From positions 5,000,344 to 5,064,343 of the forward strand of contig MU058844.1 in assembly GCA_013265495.1 (NCBI GenBank): a stretch of 64,000 nucleotides of DNA. The letters run 5' to 3'. The notes under the pieces were generated by a model. It saw nothing but the letters and a program-made list of their open reading frames with translations. It had not been told where the DNA came from and made no database searches. Below, piece after piece: positions 1-11,010 of the stretch. Origin of the DNA: Vicugna vicugna. Its lineage: Eukaryota. Position 1 is the first letter of the stretch, and every line of letters starts with the position of its first letter. Position numbers and translations under genes: made by a program.

Positions 1-382
1 CAGAAAGAGAAAGAAAAATACCATATGAGATCGCTCATATGTGGAATCTAAAGACTCATGGACAGAGAATACAGACTTGTGGTTACCAGGGGGGTAGAGG
101 GTGGGAAGGGATAGACTGGGATTTCAAAATTGTAGAATAGATAAACAAGATTACACTGTATAGCACAGGGAAATGTACTCAAAATGTTATGATAAATCAC
201 AGAGAAAAAAATGTGACAATGAGTGTGTATATGTCCATGAATGACTGAAAAATTGTGCTGAACACTGGAATTTGACACAACATTGTAAAATGATTATAAA
301 TCAATAAAAAATGTTAAAAAAAAAAGAAACGTAAAAAAAATAAATAAATAAAGCTTATAAACAATTGGCAAAAAAAAAAAAA
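1..382 (+). mobile_element. Young L1 3' end (end of ORF2 + 3'UTR), cut by the window edge, with a compound poly(A) tail
   Basis: L1 terminal motif (cagaaagagaaagaaaaataccatatgagatcgctcatatgtggaatcta), AATAAA at 303-308, A-tracts at 316-325, 333-352 and 370-382; closely matches the - strand copy at 30623-31000. Confidence 0.93.
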
Positions 383-564
383 TACTCTATCCAACAAGGC
401 TCTCCTTCATATTTGATGGAGAAATCAAAAGCTTCACAGACAAATAAAAGCTAAAAGAATTCAGCACTACCAAACCAGCTTTACAACAAATGTTAAAGGA
501 ACTTCTCTAGTCATCACATAAGAAAAGAGAATAAAAAGAGGAAAAGGAAAAAAAGACCTTCAAA
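382..564 (+). mobile_element. Older L1 fragment: ORF1 C-terminus and inter-ORF spacer
   Basis: From 382 translates as ILYPTRLSFIFDGEIKSFTDK*KLKEFSTTKPALQQMLKELL* (L1 ORF1p C-terminal domain, one internal stop), terminal TAG at 508-510. Confidence 0.9.
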
Positions 565-880
565 AGATTGCTTTGGCAATTCAGGGTCTTTTATGATTCC
601 ATATAAATTCTGGAATGTTTGTTCTAGTTCTGTGAAAAATGTCATGAGTTTTTTGACAGGGGTTACACTGGATCCGTAGATTGCCTTGGGTATAATGGCC
701 ATTTTGATAAAGTTGATTCTTCCAATCTAAGAGCACAAGATATCTTTCCATTTCTTTGTATCATCTTCAATTTCCTTCATCAATGTTTTGCAGTTTTGAG
801 AGTATAAGAAACCTACTTGGTTAAGTTTATTTCTAGATTTTTTTTTGTTTTTGATGTGATGGAAATGTTTATGCCAGTTA
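565..880 (-). mobile_element. L1 ORF2 internal fragment
   Basis: Minus-strand peptides KTLMKEIEDDTKKWKDILCS and MAIIPKAIY...FFTELEQ are typical ORF2p. Confidence 0.9.
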
Positions 881-914
881 TAAAATTCTGGCTTTTGAAA
901 TGAAAAAAAAAAGT

Positions 915-1470
915 GAATGAAGGGCCACAAATGGCAAAACATCCTTCTTTTTTATGGGGGGGTTGTATTCCATTGCATGTATATGCTACGTCTTCTTTAT
1001 CCATTCATCTGTTGATGTGCACTTGGGATGGATGCTTCCATATCTTGGCAATTATAAATAATGTTGCTATTAACAGCAGGGTGTATGTATCTTTTTGAAT
1101 TAATGTTTTCCTTTTTCTCAGATATATGCCTAGGAGTGGAGTGGCTGGGCCATGTGGTGGTTTTGTTTTCAGGTTTTTGAGATACCCCCATACTGTTTTC
1201 CATGGTGGCTGAACCAATTTGCATTCCCACCAACAGTGTGTACAAGGGTTCCCTTTTCTCCACATCCTTGCCAACATTTGTTATTTGTGTTCTTTTTGAT
1301 ATGGCCATTCTGACAGGTGTGAGATGATGTCTCATTGTGATTCAGACTTGCATTTCCCTGATATTAGTGATGTTGGGCAGCTTTTCATGTTCCTGTTGAC
1401 CATCTGTGTTTCCTCTTTTGAAGAAATATCTGTTCAGTTCTTCTTCCCATATTTTAAATTGGTTGGTTGG
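915..1470 (-). mobile_element. L1 ORF2 3' region (cysteine-rich domain) fragment
   Basis: [31 protein letters not shown] and IATLFIIAKIWK motifs with frameshifts. Confidence 0.92.
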
Positions 1471-1474
1471 TTGC

Positions 1475-1851
1475 TTTTTAATTGAAGTACAGTAATTGAT
1501 TTAAAATGTTGTACTAGTTTCTGGTGTACAGCATGAATGGACTTGGAGGTCATTATGCTAAGTGAAATGAGTCAGACAGAGAAAGAGAAATACTGTAAGA
1601 TATCACTTATATGTGGAATCTAAAAACACAACAAACTAGTGAATATAACAGAAAAGAAACAGACTTACAGATGTAGAGAAAGAACTAGTGGTTACCAGTG
1701 GGGAGAGGGGATGGGGAGGGGCGAGATGGAGGTAGAGGATTAAGAGATACAAACTATCAGGTTTAAAATAAGCTACAAGGATGTATTGTACAATATGGGG
1801 AATATAGCCAATATTTTATAGTAACTATAGATGGAGTATAACATCTAAAAA
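1475..1851 (-). mobile_element. Short 5'-inverted L1 (twin-priming structure)
   Basis: T-tract + L1 terminus on - (1475-1534) joined to the adjacent upstream 3'UTR segment on + (1532-1851). Confidence 0.8.
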
Positions 1852-1859
1852 AGAGATGC

Positions 1860-2240
1860 TATAATAGTTACACTCCAAATTATCAGAGGCTAAGCACAAT
1901 TGAAGTTTATTTTTCAATCATGTAAGTTCAAACAGGTAGATCTGATAGGTAGACAGTCTTCTTTTAAGATGTGACGTAGAGACCCAAGTTCTTTCACCTT
2001 GTGCTCTTTCAATATTAAAAATGTGGATTCCAGTTTTGCCTTATTCTTCTGCTTGAAGACAGCAGAGTGGTAAAAGCCTAGAGGATCATGGTGAGAGAGT
2101 TTTAAGAGCCTGCCCTGAATGGGCTGTGTATTATTTCTACTCCGTAAACTAGAAAGCAGCTACACTGCTAAACCCGCCTGCTAAGGATGCTGAAAAATGC
2201 AATACATTGTATGAACAGAGAGAGGGAATAGAACTGAAAA
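1860..2240 (-). mobile_element. Old MaLR LTR (MLT1K/L-like)
   Basis: Degraded motifs gacccaagttctttcaccttgtg, gaggatcatgg...ttttaagagcctgccctgaa and ctgctaaggatgctgaaaaatgc. Confidence 0.6.
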
Positions 2241-2519
2241 TTAGAAAGGAGACTGCCACAAAGGGCAATATCATTTTCCTGGAATCAAAAGTATTTAAAT
2301 CTAGAAACTTAAGAGGCAATGATAGCTTCAAAATAAATAGTTATGTATAGGAGCTTAGATTGGTTCCTGCATTATAAGTATGAATAAAGTTAAAGAGTGA
2401 AGTTCATTGAAAGGTCATAGAAATGGTACTGGAAACAGTGTTTCTAGTTATAATGATAAAATATAATTATTATAGAGATGACATTAAAAATGACAGGTAT
2501 CCAACTATTTCCTAATACC

Positions 2520-2690
2520 TTTATTAATTTCTAATTATTCCTCTCAAGAACTCATGAGATAGGTTCTAATGACTTCAGTGTTCAGTCAAAGAAACTGAGA
2601 TTTGCACCAATTATTTGTTCAAAGTTATATAGCAACATGGTTGACACACTTAGATATTTGGACTCCAGTATCATGTTCTGTAATCCCTTT
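2520..2690 (-). mobile_element. MIR SINE fragment
   Basis: Degenerate core: ctcatgagataggt...aagaaactgaga...gttcaaagttatatagc. Confidence 0.55.
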
Positions 2691-3310
2691 TATAGCTTAG
2701 CACTCTAAAATAATTCAAGTATTTTTGCCTCCCCTAACCTTTTCAAATATCACACCTAATAAAATCAGAAGAGTTTATTTCCTGTTGGCATCATATACTG
2801 GAAACAAGAAGCCTTGTGTGTTTTTATTATAGTAGCTTAAAGAAGCAAAGCATAGAACTAGGTACTTTCTCAGCTTCCTGCTATCCCCCCGCATGTATAA
2901 TTTCAAAACATACTTTAAAAAGTGTGAAGTAGCTGCATGCAACTCCATTAATTTCTTTAGCAGGAAACTAGTGCTTACAATGAATTTTTTCATGAAAATG
3001 CTGAGGATGAAGGTGTGTAATAGAGGAAGTAATGATGCGTCCCTGATGGAAAATTATTCCTTGTTGTTATCTGATCACTCAAGCAGTTGTTGGCTGAAGA
3101 GCTATGCTACCTGCTCCTTTGTCAAAGCTGTCAACAAAACTGCATTCTTCGTTTGGCTCAGCTCTCCCAGGCCAGATTCTGCTTAATGAATATTTTCAGA
3201 CGTTGTTGTCACTTTTCAATAAGCTTCAGAGAAGCACAGCATCATGGCTCATATTTGCATTGTATGCTCCAACTCCTCTATTGGCGTGCAATGTTTGGCT
3301 TCTTTTCCAG

Positions 3311-3322
3311 AGTTGGAAAGAT
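3311..3322 (+). CDS. Candidate 12-nt microexon (AGTTGGAAAGAT) of an unidentified host gene
   Basis: gtgcaatgtttggcttcttttccAG|AGTTGGAAAGAT|GTGAGT; multiple of 3, no internal stop in any frame; repeat-free flanks. Confidence 0.45.
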
Positions 3323-4379
3323 GTGAGTTCACTTTGCAAAAGGAATTGCATTTTCTTAGAATCGCCCCTCATGCCGGGATATACAGAATTGGATACTGCC
3401 ACTCTCCGTTTGAAAAAATTCTATCACTAAATCAACGTGATTGATAATGTTCCTTTTATTTTTTCCTTCAAATCAGCATTGCTTTTCTGCTTAACATATT
3501 GCATAAGTAAAACTCAGAAACTCAAGTCAATCCACAGGTTATTCAAATAATGCTTTGAAAATAATCATATATTTTTTATAACAAGGTAGCTAATTGGAAT
3601 CAAACCAGTGAGTTTTATATACAAATTTTCTGAAAGGGTGCAGAGTTCTTATATAAATGAAATGTTATTTGTTATTTGTCTTTAAAGTTAAGACGTACAA
3701 ATTAGTAGACTGATTTCTTTTTCGTCCTTTATCATAAGACGCTTGGGAAGATAAACCTCAGGAGCGAATTTACTTGAGAGAATCTCTTATCTTTTTCTTC
3801 AACATAGAATGCCCATTAAAAAATCAATTTGGAGGTTTTAAGGCAACAGTATCGACACTCTCCCTAGGGACTATGAAGCCTGGTGTGACATTGCAAAGAA
3901 TAGAGGATAACATAAAGAATTAGCTTTTATCAACTAAGGCATTTGATTGTCAGCACAAATACAAATTAAGCTAATTACATAAAATAAAATGAGACATTAT
4001 CCTTCGAGTTACCTCAAGAAAAACATATTGATTAATAACAATATAGTGCCATACAAAATATTTTGAAATGAAATCTAGAATACATTCTAATGGTGTGCTC
4101 ATCAACACTGTAAAATTCCATTTTCTGTGAAATGTAATGCAAATGACAGTGAAAATTACAAATATTATATGCAATTGTACCATTAATTTTTCAAATACGT
4201 TTGTTTCTGATTAAGTATTATAAAAGTTCTCCCTTTACAACTCCTATGCAGAAGTAGTTACTACAACAGTACAATGTGTATGTGTTGGTTTGGAATGTTG
4301 TAGGACAATTCAGTTGGGATTTGTTTTAATTCTATATTTTAATTAACATAAATTATGATTAGAATCTCTATATTAAAGT

Positions 4380-4600
4380 TTGATAATAGCTTGAGTATTG
4401 GATGTTACAGAATTAGTAATAATTTTCTTAGATGGAATAATAAGGTTATCTTAGAGAATGTCCTTAATCTTTATAGACACATGGTTAAGCATTGAAGACT
4501 TCAGTGTTATGATATGTGAAACACTTCGAAGTTGTTCCAGTAAAATTTAGATAGATGGTAGATAGAAAAATAGATGAATGTAGCAAGTATGCTACTCAAA
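4380..4600 (+). mobile_element. Ancient L1 (L1ME/L1MC-type) 3'UTR fragment
   Basis: aattttcttagatggaataat...gagaatgtccttaatctt...gtgttatgatatgtgaaac resembles L1ME 3' ends. Confidence 0.6.
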
Positions 4601-4779
4601 TACGAGTATTTATTCATACTAAAGTACCAGCTACGGAGATCAGTCGCTGCTGGATTGTTTATTTCAAGTATTTAACTTAAAAAAGCACTATGTGCAAAGC
4701 ACTGTGATGGGCTTGGGTGGGTTTGTGCGGATAAGATACATATCACATTAGCAAAACAGTAAGCACTTGAGGTCTTTGC

Positions 4780-4841
4780 AGTGAGATCTGGGTATCAGTA
4801 TTGGCTCAGCCTTTTACTGTCTGCATTGCAATGGAAAATCT
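4780..4841 (+). mobile_element. MIR SINE, 5' part (interrupted by L1)
   Basis: gatctgggtatcagtattggctcagccttttactgtctg; continues collinearly at 6250. Confidence 0.55.
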
Positions 4842-6245
4842 TTCTTCCCAGTTTTATTGAGAAATGATTGGCATACATCCCTGTGTAAGTTGAAGGAATA
4901 CAGCAGGATGGTTTGAATTACATATATTGAGGGTGGGGGTGGAGGAGTGTGCCACAGGCTGAGAACCATTGGATAGAACTTGGTTCCCTACCCAGGTGAG
5001 GCGGTAGGATGGCCTCTGCAGTTGCCTGGTTTTCTGGTCAGGCTGACTAGATGGCTGGGCCTGGATACTGTATTCAGTAGTGGACAGGGCTATAAAGTCA
5101 CTTACCTGCTCCAGCAGGACCTGCACAGCTCTTTATTTGGGGATCTGAGTCAGGCCCAAGTGTCACTGAATTCCCTCGTCAAATGAGGCCTCCAGTTTTG
5201 CTCTGTGGATGGAGGAAGCCGTGGGCTGTGCCCTCTATTCGAGTGCCACTGTGAGCAGGGCTGTTGCATGGGTGCGCAGCCTCCCACGTGCTCCGGTTAG
5301 GTTCTCTGGTAGAAGAGGCTGACGCTGGTACTCAGTGAATGGGGCTACAAACTAGATTTCCTGCTCAGGTGCAATGGGAGAAGCAGCTTTAAAGCCAGGA
5401 AAGCTCTTTTTTTTTTAACTCAAGTCGACCCATACTCGAAGTTCCCCGACTGAGCAGGGCCACTGGCTTTGCTCCAACTATCCACTCCGCCTACCCACTT
5501 CCTGTCTTGAGTGCTGCTGGGCTGCGCAGTTTGCAGTGGTTGTCTCCAGCCCTTATGCTCAGATGGGGCCAGGAGACACTCTTCATAGCAGGAGGTGCTG
5601 TGATTCAGTTCCTTGCCTGGGGATGGGCCAACTGGACTCTAGGGGCAGCAAACTCCTCCTATGAGGATCCAGCTGAGGCAGATCTGCCCCCCTCTGAGTT
5701 TCCTCATCAGAGTGCACCCCCAAGTTGGTTCTGCAGGTGAGCAAAGCCACTGGTTGGGATTGCTACTTGGGTACTGCAGATATAAAGTCAGTCTACCAAG
5801 ATTCTTTGCTGGCTGTAGCAAGGCCCTCCCTCCTACTCTGTCGCAGTCAGATTCCCAGTAATTGAGCCCCACAGACTTCTCTGCAATCCTAATGGTGCAA
5901 GATCAGAGGAGAGGGTCCCACAAAACAGCCCACAGTGCTGGCGGGTGCTGACTGTCCTCCGCCTATGTTCTTTTCCCACCGGAGGCATCGGAGGCTCAGG
6001 GGAGACCTCTCCATGTGTTGTTGCTCTGGCCTGGAGGAGGGACAATATGGTCAATGTGTAACTGCTTCTCCCACCCTTCTAATGGAGTCTGCTTTGGTCT
6101 CTGTGGTATGGGGGTGGGGGTATGCTTCAGCCTCACCCCCATGACCTAGGATTCTCTCAGTGGTGTCTTATTCTTGAACAGTTGTTATTCTTCTTGTGAG
6201 GGAGCAAGTTAGGAACAGCCTACGTTACCATCTTGGTAATGTCAG
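4842..6245 (-). mobile_element. Internally deleted L1 (L1M2/L1M3-age): ~1.3 kb 5'UTR fused to the terminal ~90 nt
   Basis: 3' terminus (ttcccagttttattgagaaatgattggcatac...gtgtaagttgaagg) at 4842-4930; GC-richer 5'UTR-like block at 4931-6245 ending ccatcttgg (complement of the L1 start motif CCAAGATGG); flanking GGAAAATCT repeats at 4833-4841 and 6250-6258. Confidence 0.75.
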
Positions 6246-6249
6246 AATA

Positions 6250-6370
6250 GGAAAATCTCTTAATGTCTCTGTGTTTTAGTTTTCTTATATCTTAAAAAAA
6301 AAATTGAGTTACTGATCCTTAGCTCTTATGATGATGTGAGGACTCAGTAAAATAATTCATAGGAAGCACC
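6250..6370 (+). mobile_element. MIR SINE, 3' part
   Basis: cttaatgtctctgtgttttagttttcttatatct...gatgatgtgaggactcagtaaaataattcataggaagcac. Confidence 0.65.
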
Positions 6371-7254
6371 TTGTATTCTATTCCCTACTATCAAAGAGGC
6401 CATAATTTAGCTGGAGAGACTGAGAGAGAGAAATATAAACTAATAGCTACGGAGCAGCCAGAATTAAAGTAGAGGTGTAACACATTAATTACTAGGCATG
6501 CAATGGGTGGAAATGGTTCTTCCTGTAGTTCATGGGTGTATGTCTTATTGGCATATGATGCCTTCAGTGCTTCTGAGAACCTGAAATCACACCAACAAGT
6601 CATCACTTTACTGCCTCTGTTTTCAGTGGCTTCACACACCTGTGAATATCATCTTGTTTCTCATTTATTCAGGAGTAACTTTTTTCTGATCATAGAATTA
6701 GATCACCCACTGAAATATAAAGACAGTAATACACTATGGGTGAGAAGATATAATTACTACAACTGCCTTTCTCTTCACCTTGCCCCTTGAAGTGTAAATT
6801 TTAATGAGATAAAGACTGGAAGTAGAAGGTTAGCTCTATGGGTTTTGTTTTTAATAGGAAGGAAGACTAAGCTAGTTTGAGCACATCTACTCTTGAATTT
6901 GTATTGTTTGTGTAATAAAATTATGAACTACTTAAAGGTTGTGATAATGTTATCAGTGTCTTTCATTTCAGCCCACCCTGTCTAATGCTGTACTTTATTC
7001 AGAATTAGACATATAATAGGAACTTGCTGAATAATTACATCCAAATTATTTGGGATAGTTATTAACTTAGTAAGCATTTATTAAATCCCTCCTGTGTGAA
7101 AAACAAAACAAAACTGTGATAGACAGAAAGAAAAAGCCTTCTTTCCAGAAAACTCACAGTTTAATAAAGAAGATAAATCACAGTAGCAAAGAGGAATCCC
7201 AGTAGAGAACACAGCCCAATAAATTCATGACACTTGAAACACACACATTTATTT

Positions 7255-7560
7255 AGAATATATTTTAGGTTTTATAGGCCATACAGTTTCTGCTGCAACT
7301 ATTTAACTCTGTCATTATAGCATGAAAGCAACCATAGAAAATACATAAACAAACACATGGGGCTAATAGTCTAATAAAACTTTACTTATGGATATAAAGT
7401 TTGAGTTTTATGTAATTTTTCAAGTCACAAAGTATGATTTTTTCCTTTGATATTTTTCCACAGACATTTAATAATGTAAACATTACTCTTAGCTTGCGGG
7501 CTGTAGTAAAGCAGGTAGTGGACCAGATAGGGCCCACAAGCACGGTTTGCTGATCTCTGA
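7255..7560. mobile_element. MER58B-like hAT-Charlie MITE
   Basis: tattttaggttttataggccatacagtttctgctgcaact...cttagcttgcgggctgta...gggcccacaagcacggtttgctgatctctg (degenerate TIR). Confidence 0.85.
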
Positions 7561-8919
7561 TAGATATAATTGCATCTTGTTAGGTAGCAACTGCCTTGTC
7601 TCTTTTTATGCTACGCTCAGAAGTGTACAGGGTTCAGTGCCAAAAGAAGATTGAGGTAAGGTATTCAAGAAATTCAAGGAAGACCTTATGAAGAGTGAAG
7701 ACTTTGAACTGGCTCCAAGTTTACTACCAATGGGGAGCAATTAGCTTCATTCTCTTCCCTGACTGGAAGTTGCAAGCATAAATCAGGACAGCCAACCAAC
7801 AAGATGCATGCTATTTGGCATTCAAAAAAATACATGAAAAAAAAAAAAAGAAACTTCCCCAGGCTGTTATGTATGTTGTTATGTATGTATGCATTTGTTT
7901 TGCTCAGTCATTATCATTATCCTATTTCCACAGGGCTTTTTCTAGTCAGTCTTGGAGGTATATGTTGAATTTCTTAGAGTATTCAACTCTGTTTCACAAG
8001 TTGAGCATTCTTTTTTGTTGTTGTTTTTCCTCTTCCCCTGCTGCCCATCATTTTCATTTTGGAAATGACTGAAATTTTCAGTGGATCTAGTTTACAGTTC
8101 TTTGTTGCCTAAGGCATGTCTCTGGCTTTTAGTCATTGTGACCCCAATTTGAAGTTTTTGCTGTCCTTAAATCTGACCCCTTCTTGCCTTTCCCTCAAGC
8201 CTTGGCCCCACACAAAAGTCAGAATGAGCCTTTTATCACACCTAGGCTGTAGCCTCCTTTCAGCAAGTACCATGGCAGTGTCTTTGGAAAATATTCCGTA
8301 GGGTCTGTTTATACAAAATTCTGCAAGATGTAATACATTGGTTCAGTAATTGGAATATGCCTGTAGTCACAGCTAATATTTAAAATCTTGAAATGTGTGA
8401 CTCTTACTTGTTAACCTGTGATTTTGTTCTCTTGAATGTTTTGTGGCTACAGCCAAATTCTTTTCATAAGCAATCTCCTTTCTCCATTAGGATTCCTCTC
8501 TCTCACTGGGTTTAAAGAATGATTTATTTTCACTCCCACTGTTAGTCTGGCTTCCCTGACTTCTCCATTCTTTTGTTGTCTCTTTGAGCTTGTCTCTTGG
8601 TGTTATGGGTATTTTATATAGTTCGTGCTCTGTATAGATATTATCTCCAGCTGAATCCTTTTGTCTCCTTCAGATGTCAAATAGCCAGCCTGATAATTGT
8701 CTAAAATATTCCGTGTTTTTCAGTTGATACATCCCAGTATAGAATTAAAATGTGATTTCTTCTCGAAATTATTTTTCTTTTATCTCTTCAACTAGAAAAT
8801 TTATGCTAGAGAAATCTCAAATTTATCAGCTGCTTTTCACCCCCAAGTAAGGAGGATATTCAACAATATATATCCAAATGCTTCTTTTTGCGTAAATAAC
8901 AATTATATATCTTGCCATC

Positions 8920-9065
8920 AGATGTGGAATTAGACTTGAATTCAAATTTTTGACTTTTGTTTCTATCATTTAATCAAGTCATTTCACTTTGCTGAGTTTC
9001 TGTTTTCTTATCTGAATTTGGGAATCACAAGAATAGTAAGACCTACCTCTAGGGTAATTGTGTTA
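8920..9065 (+). mobile_element. MIR SINE
   Basis: ggaattagacttgaattcaaat...caagtcatttcactttgctgagtttctgttttcttatctg...acctacctctagggtaattgtg. Confidence 0.7.
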
Positions 9066-10859
9066 AAAACTGTTTTTAATGTCACTCATTATAACAATAA
9101 ATCTTGAAAGATTGCTTTTTCTCATAGAATTATAGAGTCTGTCTCTCTCAAATTAACTTTATCTGCATAAGCATTTACAAGGAATGGATTTTTAGCGATT
9201 TTGTGGGGTGAGGAGGAAAAGGGTTTACATCACACATCACATACCAACCAAAAGAGTCCGCTTTATACAGCTGATTTTTTTTCCCTAAAGTTTCTTCTCT
9301 TGGCAACTGCCAACTGATATCTCTTGTCCTGCATAATTTCTTACGTCCCCTTTATTGGTCCTCAGATTTCAGTCCTAGTGATTAGTCTCTTTTCCACTTA
9401 GGACATTGAAAGTCCAGTAGTCCATTGACCCAGTCTCCCAAGGAACATATTTCAGCAGCCATTGCCTATATTTTCAAATTATGTTCCCCAGTGGTCTCAC
9501 TGAGTCCCCTTTTCTTCTTTGCCTAACCAATACCCCAAGAGGCTTATCAAAACTTTCAGTCTAGGAAACATACCTCTTCTATAAGCAAATCAGCTGTTTT
9601 GATATTATATCACATGCTGGAAGGGATGTGAGCTATACATTGACAAAACCTTGTAGAAGATAATTGAGTACAATATCTAAGTGTAACATTGTATTAAATC
9701 AGTAAGGTCACAAATTGGCATGAATTTGTGTATCATTTGTTCATTCTGTAAATTCTAACTTGACACAGTTTATTAATCATGAATAATCTGTACTTTCTTC
9801 TAAAAATAGAATCATGTTTAAGAATATCCCTATATACCCACACTCACCCACATTTACACACACGACAAAACCATCCTATTGGGAAAAGAGTATCTATTTT
9901 TGAATCTTTCTCCTTGATCTTATATCTATGTTCAATGCCTGCTTCAACCTATCCACCCCTGGCATCAAATGACCAAGTAGGACACTTCTTCGAGTCTTGA
10001 TATCACAATACCACCTCCAACATTCACCTGCCTAGTACTCCCTTGACCTCATCCTTTTCTTTCCAAAATAATATCCAGTGGCTTTATAGATGCTATAAAT
10101 ATATTTATAGTGCTTGTATATTTGTTGTTGTCTAATTTCTCCTCTAAAGTAAATCTATTTACATTTCACTGAGCATGTTTGGAATGGTCAGGTTATAGCT
10201 GAGAATTTTAGGAATTTTGTGGGAGATCTTTTAGGTCAAATTTCCAATTTATGAGATCATGACACACAGGCAGCCTACTTTAAGAGATAATGTGAAATGC
10301 TCCATTTAATTAAGATAGTTGGATGTCGCACCTTTTGACTGCAAGTGAGGGCAGCAATTTAAAAGCTGGTAAAATTTAGGATCACAGACTACTTGGTTGA
10401 ATTGAGAACTTGGCATACATTTTATTGTTGTAAATAATTTAAATACCTTGTCTTATTATAATGAAGTTGTTCAGAAATGTTCCACCATAATATAATTATT
10501 GCCTAGTCTGCATGTGGGTTGCTCTATACATGTATTATTTTTCTACCTTTATTAAGCAATTTGTTCAACAAATTTTTTTTCTTATGAGATTTTGCTAATT
10601 TGGAGGATATAGTGATGATGAAAATATTGTTGCTGCATTTGTAGAGGTTCTCAATCTGTGCCCAAAAATGTAAACTAAACATTTGTTCTTTTCGTTATTC
10701 CAATACAAATTCAAAAATCCCTCATCTAAGACATTTGTACTAGAGTGAACCTTCAAAGTCAACCAATTTTCAAAATATGCCAGTTAATTGTCAAGGAAAT
10801 TAAGTGATAAAATTAATAGCACTGTAACAAGGGGTTGCTAACGTAAGAAATATTGATCC

Positions 10860-11010
10860 AAACCCATTTCATTAAATCTCTTTTAATCCTCACAGTCCTA
10901 TGGATTTGGTACTGTTCCCATTTTACAGAAGAGGAAACTGAAGCAGAGCGATTAATTTGCTCAAGTTCGCTTTAAAGAAGCAAATGATCAAATGTGGCTT
11001 TCTTTTAAAT
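10860..11010 (-). mobile_element. MIR SINE
   Basis: ttaatcctcacagtcctatg...cccattttacagaagaggaaactgaagcagag core. Confidence 0.8.

Noticed and set aside
4854..6144. Cluster of 66-90 aa ORFs in a GC-richer island
   Set aside because: Explained by the L1 5'UTR composition; not a gene or a CpG-island promoter.
7950..8850. Sequence resembling a MaLR internal region
   Set aside because: Similarity too faint to assign or bound by eye; needs a Dfam search.
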